Origin: an uncultured bacterium
Lineage (GTDB): Bacteria > Actinomycetota > Acidimicrobiia > Spongiisociales > UBA5794
Length of the DNA stretch: 64,000 bases
Direction: 5' to 3'
NCBI GenBank assembly: GCA_963801165.1
Contig: CAWDDT010000010.1
Coordinates: forward strand, 128,001-192,000
Shown here: positions 1 to 9,822 of the stretch, piece by piece
How the letters are laid out: each line of letters starts with the position of its first letter
Position numbering within the stretch: position 1 is the first letter of the stretch
Made by a program: the position numbers and the translations under genes
The notes under the pieces: model-generated
Seen by the model: the letters and a program-made list of their open reading frames with translations, nothing else
What the model was told of the DNA's origin: nothing
Databases searched by the model: none

Positions 1-954
1 GGCCGCGGTCGGGGAGAAGCACCGCCGCCGACCGTTGCCCCCGCCGAGCGTGCCACAACGGCAGCGCCGCCCCGAAGTCTCCGCGAACGCCTCGCCAAGA
101 CGAGACAGGCGCTCTCGGGCCGTCTCACCGGGGTCCTCAGCCGACCGGGGTTCGACGATGACTTCTGGACCGATATCGAGGACTCGCTGGTTGCCGCCGA
201 TGTCGGTGTGAAGGCGGCGGGTGCCGCTGTGGCGGCAGTGCGCAAGGCCGGCCCCGATGAGCCGGCAGCCGTGCGCCAATTGCTGGCGACCGAGCTAGTG
301 GCACAGCTCGCGAACGTCGACCGCCATCTCGAGACCGGCGGTAGCCCGGCGGTGATTCTCGTCGTCGGGGTCAACGGGAGCGGCAAGACGACGACGATCG
401 CCAAGCTCGCCCAGCAACTCAACACAGTGGATCATCCTGTGCTCCTGGGGGCGGCAGACACCTTCCGGGCAGGGGCAGCCGAGCAGCTGAAAGCCTGGGC
501 GAATCGGGTTGGTGTCGACATAGTCGCCGGCGACAGTGGGGCGGACCCGGCGTCGGTTGCGTACGACGCCTACCACGCCGCCAGGGCACGCGGAGCCGGG
601 GTAGTGCTGGTCGACACCGCAGGCCGGCTCCACTCGAAGTCCAACCTGATGGAAGAATTGGGCAAGGTGGCCCGGGTGTTGCGCCGGGAGGCTGGTGCGA
701 TCGATGAGGTACTGCTCGTCCTCGACGGCACCACCGGTCAGAACGCCATCGGCCAGGCGCGAGCATTCACCGACCTCGTTGGTGTTACCGGGATCGTGCT
801 CACCAAGCTCGACGGTACCGCCCGCGGGGGTGTCGCCATCGCCGTCGAACGTGAGTTGGGGATACCGGTCAAGTACATCGGAGTCGGGGAAGGCGTCGGA
901 GACCTGATACCGTTCGAGCCGGAGGCATTCGTCGACGCCCTCCTCGGAACATGA
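1..954 (+). CDS. ftsY: Signal recognition particle receptor FtsY (5' end outside window)
   Basis: Frame open from base 1; GVNGSGKTTT, DTFRA, DTAGR and TKLDGTARGG SRP-GTPase motifs. Confidence 0.96.
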   Translation, partial: GRGRGEAPPPTVAPAERATTAAPPRSLRERLAKTRQALSGRLTGVLSRPGFDDDFWTDIEDSLVAADVGVKAAGAAVAAVRKAGPDEPAAVRQLLATELVAQLANVDRHLETGGSPAVILVVGVNGSGKTTTIAKLAQQLNTVDHPVLLGAADTFRAGAAEQLKAWANRVGVDIVAGDSGADPASVAYDAYHAARARGAGVVLVDTAGRLHSKSNLMEELGKVARVLRREAGAIDEVLLVLDGTTGQNAIGQARAFTDLVGVTGIVLTKLDGTARGGVAIAVERELGIPVKYIGVGEGVGDLIPFEPEAFVDALLGT

Positions 955-1361
955 CTGACACCGCCCATCTCTACGCTCGGGCCCGGGAAGTGGCCGCCCA
1001 CGCCTATGCCCCATACTCGGGATTTCACGTGGGCGCTGTCGTTGTTGCCGCCGACGGCAGGGTCTTCTCGGGCTGCAATGTCGAGAACGCGGCATACGGA
1101 TCGGCCATCTGCGCCGAGGGAAATGCCATTAGCTCGGCGGCGGCGGCAGGTGTCAGGAAGATCGATACGGTTGTCGTCGCATGTCTCGACGGCGGTGAGT
1201 GCTACCCGTGTGGAAACTGCCGCCAGCTGATGCGGGAGTTCGCGGTGGACATCGTCGTGGTCCAGGACGGGGACGGATCGCTCCGCACCCACGACTTTGC
1301 GGACATCCTGCCTCATGCGTTTGGTCCCGATTCACTAGATTCCGGCGGCAGAAAACGCTAA
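951..1361 (+). CDS. cdd: Cytidine deaminase (tetrameric type)
   Basis: AYAPYSGFHVGA, GCNVENA, CAE...PCGNC zinc motifs; ATGA overlap with ftsY. Confidence 0.95.
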   Translation: MTDTAHLYARAREVAAHAYAPYSGFHVGAVVVAADGRVFSGCNVENAAYGSAICAEGNAISSAAAAGVRKIDTVVVACLDGGECYPCGNCRQLMREFAVDIVVVQDGDGSLRTHDFADILPHAFGPDSLDSGGRKR

Positions 1362-1368
1362 GTAGCCG

Positions 1369-1668
1369 GTGTCGCGCACCGATATTTGTCGGATGGGAAA
1401 CCGACGCGACCTCGCCGAGGGCTGGCTCAGCCCCTTATCTCGCAATGTGATGCTCATCTTCGGGTACGGGTTGGCATTCGGCAGCCTGCTCGTCATCCGG
1501 TTCGGATTCGCCTCCGGCAGTGCCGTGGCGATCGTCGCCGGTGTCGCCTGCGGATTCGTGGGGTGGCTGATCTCCGCACTCGTTCCCGATCCCGTGCCGG
1601 CGCCACGCAAGTCACTGCGTCGTCGGGCCGAGATGCTGGCAAGGGTCGGCGGCCACCAGCTTCCCTAA
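1369..1668 (+). CDS. Small membrane protein (start uncertain, possibly ~1447)
   Basis: Two hydrophobic segments followed by a basic tail. Confidence 0.55.
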   Translation: MSRTDICRMGNRRDLAEGWLSPLSRNVMLIFGYGLAFGSLLVIRFGFASGSAVAIVAGVACGFVGWLISALVPDPVPAPRKSLRRRAEMLARVGGHQLP

Positions 1669-1683
1669 GGAGCTCGTGTCGAC

Positions 1684-1725
1684 AAAGTCGGCGGGATAAA
1701 GTCGGCGAGATAAAGTCAGCGGGAT
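1684..1725. repeat. Three imperfect 14-bp tandem repeats AAAGTC(G/A)GCG(G/A)GAT
   Basis: Directly visible; ends at a TATCGT -10-like hexamer 7 nt before GTG 1738. Confidence 0.9.
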
Positions 1726-1737
1726 ATCGTCGGCGGT

Positions 1738-2282
1738 GTGTTCACCGTCACCAATATCACCGTCCTGCCTGAAGATGTCCTGCCTGAAGATGTCCTGCCT
1801 GAAGATGTCCTGCCTGAAGATGTCCTGCCTGAAGATGTCCTGCCTGAAGATGTCCTGCCTGAAGATGTCCTGCCTGAAGATATCGACTCTCTGGCAGACA
1901 CTGCCGGCGACGAGGGCCACGCCATGGTCGCCCGCCTCGCCGCGGACTTCCGAAGCGGCGAGAACCGGTTCGAGCCCCTGGAGAGGGTTTGTGGGAGGCG
2001 AGGGTCGGGACGAATCTCGTGGGTGTATGCGGGCTCAACCGCGACCCGTTCGCGACACCGGCCGAGAAAGCAGGACGAGTGCGGCGGCTATACGTGATCG
2101 CCGAGTTCCGGCGGCAGGGGATCGCCAGCGCCCTCTTGGAGAACGTGATTGCGGTCGCCCGCCTCCATTTCTCGCTTGTCAATGCGTTCACGACAAACCC
2201 GGCGGCGATCCGCTTCTACACAGCTCGGGGCTTTCGAACGGTGGCGGGTGTAGAGAGGCGCTCGGTCGAGCTTCCGCTGTGA
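1738..2282 (+). pseudogene. GNAT-family acetyltransferase, frameshifted near 1975-1985 (real or sequencing error)
   Basis: ORF 1738 (..EGHAMVARLAADFRSGENRF) joins ORF 1989 (GVCGLNRDPF..RVRRLYV..FRRQGIASALL..FYTARGF) if one base is added near the CCCC run. Confidence 0.8.
1762..1881 (+). repeat. Eight perfect 15-bp repeats GTCCTGCCTGAAGAT encoding (VLPED)8
   Basis: Directly visible. Confidence 0.98.
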
Positions 2283-3227
2283 CTACCGGTTGGAGAGGGC
2301 CTCGAGCAGCGCCGGCATAACCTTGTGGACGTCGCCGACCACGCCGAGGTCGGCGACCCCGAAGATCGGTGCCTCCGGGTCTTTGTTAATGGCGATGATC
2401 GTCCCGGCGTCTTTCATGCCGACGAGGTGCTGCATTGCACCGCTGATGCCACAGGCGATGTATACCGAAGGCTTCACCGTCTTGCCCGTCTGCCCGACCT
2501 GGAGTGCATAGGGCACCCAGCCGGCGTCGACGACCGCCCTACTAGCCCCGACCGCACCTCCGAGACGTTTGGCCAGCTTGACAACGAGATCCCACTTCTC
2601 GTCCGGACCTCCCATCCCGCGGCCGCCACTGACGACGATGGCTGCGGCTTCGAGATCCGGGCCTTCGCTCTCCTCGACATGCTTCTCGAGCACCACGGCC
2701 GCCCCCGCATGACCCACGTCGGGAGCCGTCACTGCAACTATCTCCGGGGTGGCTCCGTCGCCCGGCTCGGCGGGAAAGGCCTTGGGCCGGGTCACCACGA
2801 TCACCGGACCTGCCATTGCCTCCGTCGTGACCCGGGTCGTACCTCCCAGGATCTCGTTGGTGACGATGATCCGGTCGCCGGTCGTGTCGATGGCGACGGC
2901 ATTGGAGAGCAGGGGAGCGCTTCGCCGGGCGCTGAGCCGGCCGGCAACGTCGCGGTCGGTGTTGCCGGTGCCGAACAGCACCAGGTCATCGTCTGCGACG
3001 AGGTCGGCGAGAGCCGCTGCGGCCGGCGCCGCCGCCAGGCTGGTGCCGGGATCGAGTTGGTAGATGCGGGAGGCACCGTGTGCGCCAAGAGCTGCATAGA
3101 CCGCCTCCGAACCGGGCCCCACGTAGAAGACCTCGACGTCACCCCACGTGCGAGCCTTGCTGGTCATCTCTAGCGCCGAGGCGCTGGCGCTTCCAGATTG
3201 TTCCTCGCAGAAGACCCAGGTCGTCAT
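2283..3227 (-). CDS. etfA: Electron transfer flavoprotein alpha subunit
   Basis: [31 protein letters not shown] and [11 protein letters not shown] motifs. Confidence 0.95.
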   Translation of the reverse strand: MTTWVFCEEQSGSASASALEMTSKARTWGDVEVFYVGPGSEAVYAALGAHGASRIYQLDPGTSLAAAPAAAALADLVADDDLVLFGTGNTDRDVAGRLSARRSAPLLSNAVAIDTTGDRIIVTNEILGGTTRVTTEAMAGPVIVVTRPKAFPAEPGDGATPEIVAVTAPDVGHAGAAVVLEKHVEESEGPDLEAAAIVVSGGRGMGGPDEKWDLVVKLAKRLGGAVGASRAVVDAGWVPYALQVGQTGKTVKPSVYIACGISGAMQHLVGMKDAGTIIAINKDPEAPIFGVADLGVVGDVHKVMPALLEALSNR

Positions 3228-3997
3228 CACAGCACCTTCAGTTCTTCGAGCTTCTCGATGATTCTCAGATAGGCCTCGCCCTCGTCCTCGACGATCTCGC
3301 CCGCCTGTCTCGCCGGGATCGGCTCGACGGACCTGATCGTCTGTTGCACAGCCGGGGTGATCCCGAGGTCGGCGCACGTCCTGGTGTCGACCGGCTTCTT
3401 CTTGGCCTGCATGATCCCCTTGAAGTTCGGGTACCGCGGCGCGACAACACCCGAGGTCACGGTCAGCAGCGCCGGTAGCGGGGCCTCGACGATGTCGTAA
3501 CCGGCCTCGGTCTGGCGTTCGATCCTGATCTTGTCTCCGTTGTGCTCGACCTTGCGGGCGAAGGTGAGCGAGGGCATCCCGAGTAGCTCGGCGAGTTGCT
3601 GGGGCATAACGCCTGCGGAGCCGTCGGTGGATTCGGTCCCGGCGATGACCAGGTCGAACGGCTCTCCGTCCTGTTGCAGGGCCCGGGCGAGCACGTTGGC
3701 AGTGGTCAGGGCATCCGCACCCCGGAGGGAGGTGTCGTCTACGACGATGGCCCGATCCACCCCCATTGCCAGCGCCTGGCGTATCCCTGCGAGGTTGCCG
3801 GACGGCGTCATCGAAACCAGGGTCAGAGACGATCCGTCTCCGATTTCCTCGACGAGCTGTAGCCCCACCTCGACACCGTAGCGATCGGTGTCGTCGAGAA
3901 CCTGGTCATCGGGGCGCACGACAAAACTCGTCTCCGGGTCCAGTGAATACGGCGTGGCCGGATCCGGTATCTGCTTGGCGCAGACGGCAATCTTCAT
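3227..3997 (-). CDS. etfB: Electron transfer flavoprotein beta subunit
   Basis: KIAVCAKQIPD, ALAMG, AGTESTDG and PRYPNFKGIMQAKKK. Confidence 0.95.
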   Translation of the reverse strand: MKIAVCAKQIPDPATPYSLDPETSFVVRPDDQVLDDTDRYGVEVGLQLVEEIGDGSSLTLVSMTPSGNLAGIRQALAMGVDRAIVVDDTSLRGADALTTANVLARALQQDGEPFDLVIAGTESTDGSAGVMPQQLAELLGMPSLTFARKVEHNGDKIRIERQTEAGYDIVEAPLPALLTVTSGVVAPRYPNFKGIMQAKKKPVDTRTCADLGITPAVQQTIRSVEPIPARQAGEIVEDEGEAYLRIIEKLEELKVL

Positions 3998-4046
3998 AGC
4001 TGAATTCTCCTCATGAACTCGTCAGGCGATGTTAACCGGGTCTTGT

Positions 4047-4889
4047 CTACTGCTCTTCGGCCGGGACGGTGACCAGCCGGGGCAGCAGGCCGTCGATGAG
4101 ATGGCTGAACTTGGTGCGCGCCTGCGCCGCTGCAATCTGGACCTCCTCGTGGCTCACCGGTTCCGCCGAAGTGCCCGCCGCCATGTTGGTCACCAGCGAG
4201 ATGGCGCCCACCCGGCGCCCCATATGAGCCAGAGCAATGGCCTCGGGCACCGTCGACATACCCACCAGGTCGCCACCGATCCGGCGCACCATCTCGATCT
4301 CGGCCGGGGTCTCGTAGCTGGGGCCGGTGAACCAGGTGTAAACACCCTCCTTGTAGGGGATGCCGCTCTCCTCGAACACCACACGCATGTCGTGGCGCAG
4401 CCGGCTGCTGTAGGCGTGGCTGATATCAGGGAACCGTGGTCCCAGGCGCTCGTCGTTGGCGCCGATCAACGGGTTGCGGCCGGTCAGGTTGATGTGGCCA
4501 CGGATGGCGACCAGATCGCCCACCGACAGGCCGCGGCTGACCCCGCCGCAGGCGTTGGTGAGTAGGACCGTGTGGCAACCGGTGAGGGCGGCGGTGCGGA
4601 CGGCGAAAACAACGTCAAACAGATCCCATCCCTCGTAGAAGTGGACCCGGCCGGAAAAAACAAGCGCGGCTCGGTCACCAACGGCGACCGAGTAGAGAGT
4701 GCCGGCGTGGCCCTGCACTCTCGGTGTCGGGAAGTGTGGGATGTCGTCGTACCGGATTGCGACGGCTCCGGGAAGCGACGCGGCGTAATCGCCGAGCCCG
4801 GATCCCAGGACCAGCGCCGCATCGTGGTGCGGTCTCCCGGACATCTCTGCGACCGCGGAGGCCGCCTCCACCAGTTTCTCGTAGCCCAC
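4047..4889 (-). CDS. punA: Purine nucleoside phosphorylase (trimeric type)
   Basis: LGSGLG, GRVHFYEG, TNACGG, GPSYETPAE and VGMSTVPE. Confidence 0.93.
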   Translation of the reverse strand: MGYEKLVEAASAVAEMSGRPHHDAALVLGSGLGDYAASLPGAVAIRYDDIPHFPTPRVQGHAGTLYSVAVGDRAALVFSGRVHFYEGWDLFDVVFAVRTAALTGCHTVLLTNACGGVSRGLSVGDLVAIRGHINLTGRNPLIGANDERLGPRFPDISHAYSSRLRHDMRVVFEESGIPYKEGVYTWFTGPSYETPAEIEMVRRIGGDLVGMSTVPEAIALAHMGRRVGAISLVTNMAAGTSAEPVSHEEVQIAAAQARTKFSHLIDGLLPRLVTVPAEEQ

Positions 4890-4952
4890 GTCAGCCTCCG
4901 TGCCTGTTACTCACCCGCACTCGGGAGAATACTCACCGGGGGCATGAGGGCT

Positions 4953-6308
4953 TCAGGCGACCTGACCGATTACCAGTTCGGGCGTGGGTTGCGGTGCGCC
5001 GATTACAAAGGCTCGCTCCAGCAGCGGCAAGGCGCTCTCCAGACGCTCCTGGTCGCGATAGGTCACGACGGCGAGGATGTCACCGCGGTCGACCCGACTG
5101 CCGATCTTGGCGGCGAGGGAGATGCCGACGCCGGGATCGATGTCGTCTTCCTTGCGGCTCCTACCGGCACCGAGACGGACCGCGGCGACGCCGATGTCGT
5201 AGGCATCGCAGCCGGTGATATGGCCTGTCTCTGGTGCGGTGACCTCGTACCGGAGCGGCGCGGTCGGCAAGAGCGACCGATCCTCGGCCACGGCCGGGTT
5301 GCCGCCCTGAGCGACGATGACCTCCTGGAACTTCTCCATGGCGGCTCCCGACGAGACCGCGTTGTGCAGCGAGGCGAGCGCCTCGTCGCGGTCGGCAGCG
5401 ATCCCGCCCAGTAGGAGCATGTCCGCACCGAGGTGGTAGGTGAGTTCGACGACGTCGTCGGGGCCGGCGTCGGCGAGCACGTCGAGCGACTCGTTGATCT
5501 CATTGCCATTGCCGATCTCACGGCCGAGGGGTTGGTCCATGGCAGTGAGGGTCGCCACGACCCTGGTCCCGTGCGCCGCTCCGATATCGACCATGGTTTC
5601 AGCCAGTGCTCTTGCCGAGGCCTCGTCCTTCATGAAAGCGCCGGTGCCCGTCTTGATGTCGAGAACGAGACCGTCGATACCCTCGGCCAACTTCTTAGAC
5701 ATGATCGATGAGGCAATCAGCGGCAGTGAAGGAACCGTTCCCGTGCTGTCGCGCAGCGCATAGATCCTGCGGTCGGCGGGGGCGAGGGACTCGGATTGAC
5801 CGCCGAGGACCAAGCCGTGTTGCTCGACGATGGCGATGAACTCGTCCCTGTCGAGACGGGTCCGGAATCCGGGGATGGACTCCAGCTTGTCCAAAGTGCC
5901 CCCGGTATGGCCGAGACCCCGACCTGACATCATCGGCACGGCAACGCCGCAGGCGGCCACCATCGGGGCCAGCGGGATGCTGATCTTGTCTCCGACCCCC
6001 CCCGTTGAGTGCTTGTCGACCTTCGGCATCGGGATGTGGTCGAGGTTGAGCACCTCGCCCGAGAGCAGCATTGCCTCGGTCCACGTCGCCAGCTCCTGAC
6101 GAGAGAGACCCCTGATGAAGATGGCCATCAGCAGCGCCGACATCTGGTAGTCGGGGATGCGGTCCGCGGTGTATTCCGAGATAACCCATCGGAGCTCATC
6201 GGACGACACGGCGTGACCATCACGCTTGCGTTCGATGATCTCTGTGATCGAGTGGTGTTTCATCGAGTGGTGTTTCATCGAGTGGTGTTTCATCGAGTGG
6301 TGTTTCAT
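4953..6308 (-). CDS. deoA: Thymidine/pyrimidine-nucleoside phosphorylase
   Basis: DKHSTGGVGDK, SGRGLGHTGGTLDKLESIPG and SSIMSKK. Confidence 0.93.
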   Translation of the reverse strand: MKHHSMKHHSMKHHSMKHHSITEIIERKRDGHAVSSDELRWVISEYTADRIPDYQMSALLMAIFIRGLSRQELATWTEAMLLSGEVLNLDHIPMPKVDKHSTGGVGDKISIPLAPMVAACGVAVPMMSGRGLGHTGGTLDKLESIPGFRTRLDRDEFIAIVEQHGLVLGGQSESLAPADRRIYALRDSTGTVPSLPLIASSIMSKKLAEGIDGLVLDIKTGTGAFMKDEASARALAETMVDIGAAHGTRVVATLTAMDQPLGREIGNGNEINESLDVLADAGPDDVVELTYHLGADMLLLGGIAADRDEALASLHNAVSSGAAMEKFQEVIVAQGGNPAVAEDRSLLPTAPLRYEVTAPETGHITGCDAYDIGVAAVRLGAGRSRKEDDIDPGVGISLAAKIGSRVDRGDILAVVTYRDQERLESALPLLERAFVIGAPQPTPELVIGQVA

Positions 6309-6310
6309 CG
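6247..6310 (-). repeat. Four perfect 15-bp repeats that include the start codon, encoding (MKHHS)4
   Basis: ATCGAGTGGTGTTTC x4 on the + strand. Confidence 0.97.
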
Positions 6311-6354
6311 TCTGATTATCGCCGTCCGTGCGGAAGATCGCATTTCGCGAGCTG

Positions 6355-6636
6355 TCAGCCCGGGCGCTTCACCTTGCCGTTGACCACCCTGACCCCTTCG
6401 GCTCGCAGCAGCCGGGCCTGCTTCTGCTCGCCTCCCGGAACCAGCCGGCCGCCGGCCGTGACGACTCGCCACCACGGCAGTCCCGGCACGGTGCGGAGCA
6501 GGTTTCCCACTGCCCGCGCCGCTCCCGGGTAGCCGGCCTCCGTCGCGACTTCGCCGTATGCCATCACGTCGCCCGGCTCCAGTGCTTCGAGCACTCTGAT
6601 CACCGCTTCAGTGAAGTCTGCGCGCTGTTCGGTCAC
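6355..6636 (-). CDS. Alkyltransferase-like (ATL/MGMT family) protein
   Basis: YGEVA..AG.P.AARAVG; PWWRV in place of catalytic PCHRV; QARLLRAEGV. Confidence 0.88.
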   Translation of the reverse strand: MTEQRADFTEAVIRVLEALEPGDVMAYGEVATEAGYPGAARAVGNLLRTVPGLPWWRVVTAGGRLVPGGEQKQARLLRAEGVRVVNGKVKRPG

Positions 6637-6658
6637 GGTGCGTCCTAACGGTGGCCGC

Positions 6659-7681
6659 TCACCCCGTTACGACGAGCTTACCGACAGAGTGGCCTTCACT
6701 GAGATAGCGGATCCCCTCTGGCACGCGGGCCAGCGGGTAGGTGCGTTCGATCATCGGGGTCACCACCCCCGTGGCGAGGAAGTGGCCGAGGGTCTCGACA
6801 TCCTCGCGCTTCATGTGTGCCGTGAGCCAGGCAAACCGGCGGCTGTCGAACCGCGAGGCCACCTTGCGGAACACGAACAGGCGGATCGGTCCCATCACCC
6901 GGTATTTCGGCCCGGTGATGGTCACCTGGGTTCCCCTCTGGCTGAGGACGCGCTTTGTTTCCGACCAGGGCCGATTGCCGGCGTTGTCGAGCAGCAGGTC
7001 GTAGTCGTGGAGCTTCTCGGTGTAGTCCTGTCTCGTGTAGTCGACGACGTGATCTGCGCCGAGCGAGCGCACGATGTCCACCTTGGTTGTGCTACAAACC
7101 GCGGCAACCTCGGCACCGAGCGCCTTGGCGATCTGGACGGCAAACGTGCCCACCCCGCCGGAAGCACCGTTGATCACGACGCGCCGGCCGGATTGGAGGC
7201 CACCGACGTCGCGCAGCGCCTGTAGGGCGGTTGTCCCGGCGAGGGGAATCGACGCAGCGTGCTCGAAGCTGACCGAATCGGGCTTGTGGGCGAGGTTCTT
7301 TGCGCCGGCGACCGCATACTCGGCGAACGAGCCGCTGCCGATGGCGCCAAAGACGGCGTCGCCGGGAGCGAAATCGGTGACATTGGCCCCGACCTGAGCG
7401 ACGACGCCGGCCAGGTCTGAGCCGGGGACCGGGTTTTTGGGTCTGACCAGACCGGCACTGACACGGGCCAGCAAGGGCAGCCCGGTCGTCAGGTGGACGT
7501 CGTACATGTTGAGCGACGAGGCCACAATTCGTATCAGAACACGATCTTCGAGGGGTACGGGTGTGTCGATCTCACGCAGTTTCAGGACGTCGGCGTTCCC
7601 GTACCTGTCCTGGACGATCGCCCGCATCTTGCCGGGGACGCTCTTCTCGTCGGTCGCCCCGGCACGTTGTACTTCTGTCAT
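6659..7681 (-). CDS. NAD(P)-dependent MDR-family (quinone oxidoreductase-like) protein
   Basis: VPGSDLAG and NGASGGVGTFAVQIAK; AAGGAGG RBS before ATG 7681. Confidence 0.9.
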   Translation of the reverse strand: MTEVQRAGATDEKSVPGKMRAIVQDRYGNADVLKLREIDTPVPLEDRVLIRIVASSLNMYDVHLTTGLPLLARVSAGLVRPKNPVPGSDLAGVVAQVGANVTDFAPGDAVFGAIGSGSFAEYAVAGAKNLAHKPDSVSFEHAASIPLAGTTALQALRDVGGLQSGRRVVINGASGGVGTFAVQIAKALGAEVAAVCSTTKVDIVRSLGADHVVDYTRQDYTEKLHDYDLLLDNAGNRPWSETKRVLSQRGTQVTITGPKYRVMGPIRLFVFRKVASRFDSRRFAWLTAHMKREDVETLGHFLATGVVTPMIERTYPLARVPEGIRYLSEGHSVGKLVVTG

Positions 7682-7696
7682 GTCTCCTCCTTCTTT

Positions 7697-7751
7697 CTTA
7701 CGTTGTAAGGTAACCATACGACGTAAGGCTGTCAAGCCTTACCGTGTACGG
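7697..7751. promoter_or_regulatory. Divergent promoter region with three CCTTAC-N3-GTAAGG-like operators
   Basis: Copies at 7697-7709, 7714-7728 and 7737-7751; TTGACA-17-TACCTT on the - strand (7735-7707). Confidence 0.75.
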
Positions 7752-7767
7752 TATGGTGTCGAACACG

Positions 7768-8463
7768 ATGGATCAGCTCACGGAATCGGATCCCGGGCAG
7801 CGGCCGCCGCTGAGCAGGGAGCGTCTCTTCCAAGCGGCAATAGATCTCGCCGACCGGCGGGGCATCGAGGCCGTGACCATGCGCAACCTTGCCGCAGACC
7901 TCGGTGTCGAGGCCATGTCGCTGTATCACCACGTCGCCAATAAGCAGGCACTGCTCGACGGGGTCGTGGACGGTGTCGTCGCCGACATAGAGACCGAGCT
8001 CGGTGGGTTCGACGTGGTTGCCGACCCCCACTCGTGGCGGAAGGTCCTGCGTGACCGCATCCTCACCGCTCGTCGCGTCATGCTGCGGCACCCCTGGGCG
8101 CCGGCGGTGATCGAGACTCGAACGATCACGACTCCCACCACTCTGCGCTACATGGACACGCTACTCGGCATCCTGCTCCAGGGCGGATTCTCTTACGATC
8201 TCGCCCACCACACCATGCACGCAATCGGGAGCCGGGCACTCGGTTTCAGCCAGGAGCTGTTCCAACCAAACCCGGACGACGACACCGGCAGCAACGACAC
8301 GCTCGCAGCAATGGCTATCGAATTGCCCAACATCGTCGGGATGCTGTCCACGATCGTTCACGACGATCCCGACACGACCCTCGGTTGGTGCGACGACCAA
8401 ACGGAGTTCGAATTCGGGATCGACGTGCTGCTCGACGGTCTCGAGAGACGTCTCGGCGGCTGA
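7768..8463 (+). CDS. TetR/AcrR regulator with TetR_C-type domain (start could be 7744 or 7753)
   Basis: HTH AVTMRNLAADLGVEAMSLYHHVANKQALL; C-terminal EFEFGIDVLLDGL. Confidence 0.92.
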   Translation: MDQLTESDPGQRPPLSRERLFQAAIDLADRRGIEAVTMRNLAADLGVEAMSLYHHVANKQALLDGVVDGVVADIETELGGFDVVADPHSWRKVLRDRILTARRVMLRHPWAPAVIETRTITTPTTLRYMDTLLGILLQGGFSYDLAHHTMHAIGSRALGFSQELFQPNPDDDTGSNDTLAAMAIELPNIVGMLSTIVHDDPDTTLGWCDDQTEFEFGIDVLLDGLERRLGG

Positions 8464-8464
8464 A

Positions 8465-9079
8465 TCATGCCCTCGCGAGGGTCAGCACCTGGGCGTGAAG
8501 CCCGTCGGCGTCGTCGGTGTCCTGGAATTCGCAACCGACCCGGCTAAAACCGGGGGTGGGTAGTAGGGCGAAGTCATCGTCTGTATACAACGCGAAGAAG
8601 CGGGGGGGATCCGTCCATTCGTCCTCCAACGTGCCTTCGTGGTTGATCCCGCCGTATACGGTGATCGATGCGATGCCACCAAGCCTCAGCGACCGGTGGA
8701 TGATTGCCAGCGTCTGCGCAAACAACCGCTTCGGGACGTGGAGCAGGGAGTTCATCGCAAATACGCCGTCGAACTCGCCCATGAAGAAATCCGGATCGGT
8801 GAAGTCGGCGACGTGTGCGTCCACGCCGCGGGCTCGGGCCAGCTTCACGTTCGCCGGCGAGAGATCGACCGCGGTCACCACGAAGCCCTTGGCAGCGACG
8901 TATGCGGTGCCCTGCCCGGCTCCGCCGCCCAGCTCCAACACCGAAGCGCCCGGTTCGAGTCGACGCAGGAATCCGTCGACGATCTCGGATCGCCAGCCCC
9001 CGAATACATTGTTGTTGCGACGGGGCGCATCGAAGTCGTAGGCCGCCCGAAGCGTCTCGGAATGCTCGTTGGGTCTCAT
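8465..9079 (-). CDS. Class I SAM-dependent methyltransferase
   Basis: VLELGGGAG, VDLS and FDGVFAMNSLLH. Confidence 0.88.
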   Translation of the reverse strand: MRPNEHSETLRAAYDFDAPRRNNNVFGGWRSEIVDGFLRRLEPGASVLELGGGAGQGTAYVAAKGFVVTAVDLSPANVKLARARGVDAHVADFTDPDFFMGEFDGVFAMNSLLHVPKRLFAQTLAIIHRSLRLGGIASITVYGGINHEGTLEDEWTDPPRFFALYTDDDFALLPTPGFSRVGCEFQDTDDADGLHAQVLTLARA

Positions 9080-9712
9080 TTACAGCGGCGGGCGGTCGAT
9101 CGTCCCAAAGAGCCGGTCACCCATGTCCCCGAGACCGGGGACGATGTAGAAGGCATCATTGAGCCCGACATCCTGGGTGGCTGCGACGATCCGGACGTCG
9201 GGGTGATCCTTGTACATCCGAGCCACCCCCTCGGGGGCGGTGACCACACAGAGAGCGGTGATGTCGGTTGCGCCCTTCTCCTTGGCCTTGTCGACCGCCC
9301 ACGACAACGATCCGCCGGTGGCGAGCATCGGCTCGAGAATCAGGACAGAGGCCGTGTCAACCTGCGGAAGGTTCACGTAGTACTCAACCGGCTCCGCCGT
9401 CTGCTCATCCCGCTGCAGGCCGGCAAAGCCAACCTTGACGTTTGGCAATAGGTCGACGACCGCATCGAGCATGCCGAGACCGGCCCGGAGCACGGCGACC
9501 GCCACCACATCGGCGAGGACATCACCGGTCGTGGTTCCCATCGGGGTTGTCACCGGTGTCTCGATCGTCGGCACCGCCCTGGTCGCTTCCAGGACGAGGA
9601 CGTTGGTGAGGCGTCGGGCCGCGGCCCGGAAACTCTCGTTCCCGGTCGATTCGTCACGGAGCGTGGTGAGGTAGTGCCGGGCGAGGGGGTGGTCGACGAT
9701 GGTCAGGTTCAC
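9080..9712 (-). CDS. upp: Uracil phosphoribosyltransferase
   Basis: HPL, VLRAGLGM, PMLATGGS and YIVPGLGDMGDRLFGT; GGAGG before GTG 9712. Confidence 0.96.
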   Translation of the reverse strand: MNLTIVDHPLARHYLTTLRDESTGNESFRAAARRLTNVLVLEATRAVPTIETPVTTPMGTTTGDVLADVVAVAVLRAGLGMLDAVVDLLPNVKVGFAGLQRDEQTAEPVEYYVNLPQVDTASVLILEPMLATGGSLSWAVDKAKEKGATDITALCVVTAPEGVARMYKDHPDVRIVAATQDVGLNDAFYIVPGLGDMGDRLFGTIDRPPL

Positions 9713-9822
9713 TGCAGACTCCTCCGAGACGGACTGGGAGAACGTTAGCGGCTGTTGAGCGGCGTCCGGAAGCAGCGTGTCGCGCAGCGACACGCAGCGA
9801 CAACGCCTATTCTCCGGGCCAT

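Noticed and set aside
1762-1881. Repeat arrays (also 6247 and 15770) as CRISPR
   Set aside because: Head-to-tail units with no spacers, too short, and no cas genes in the window.
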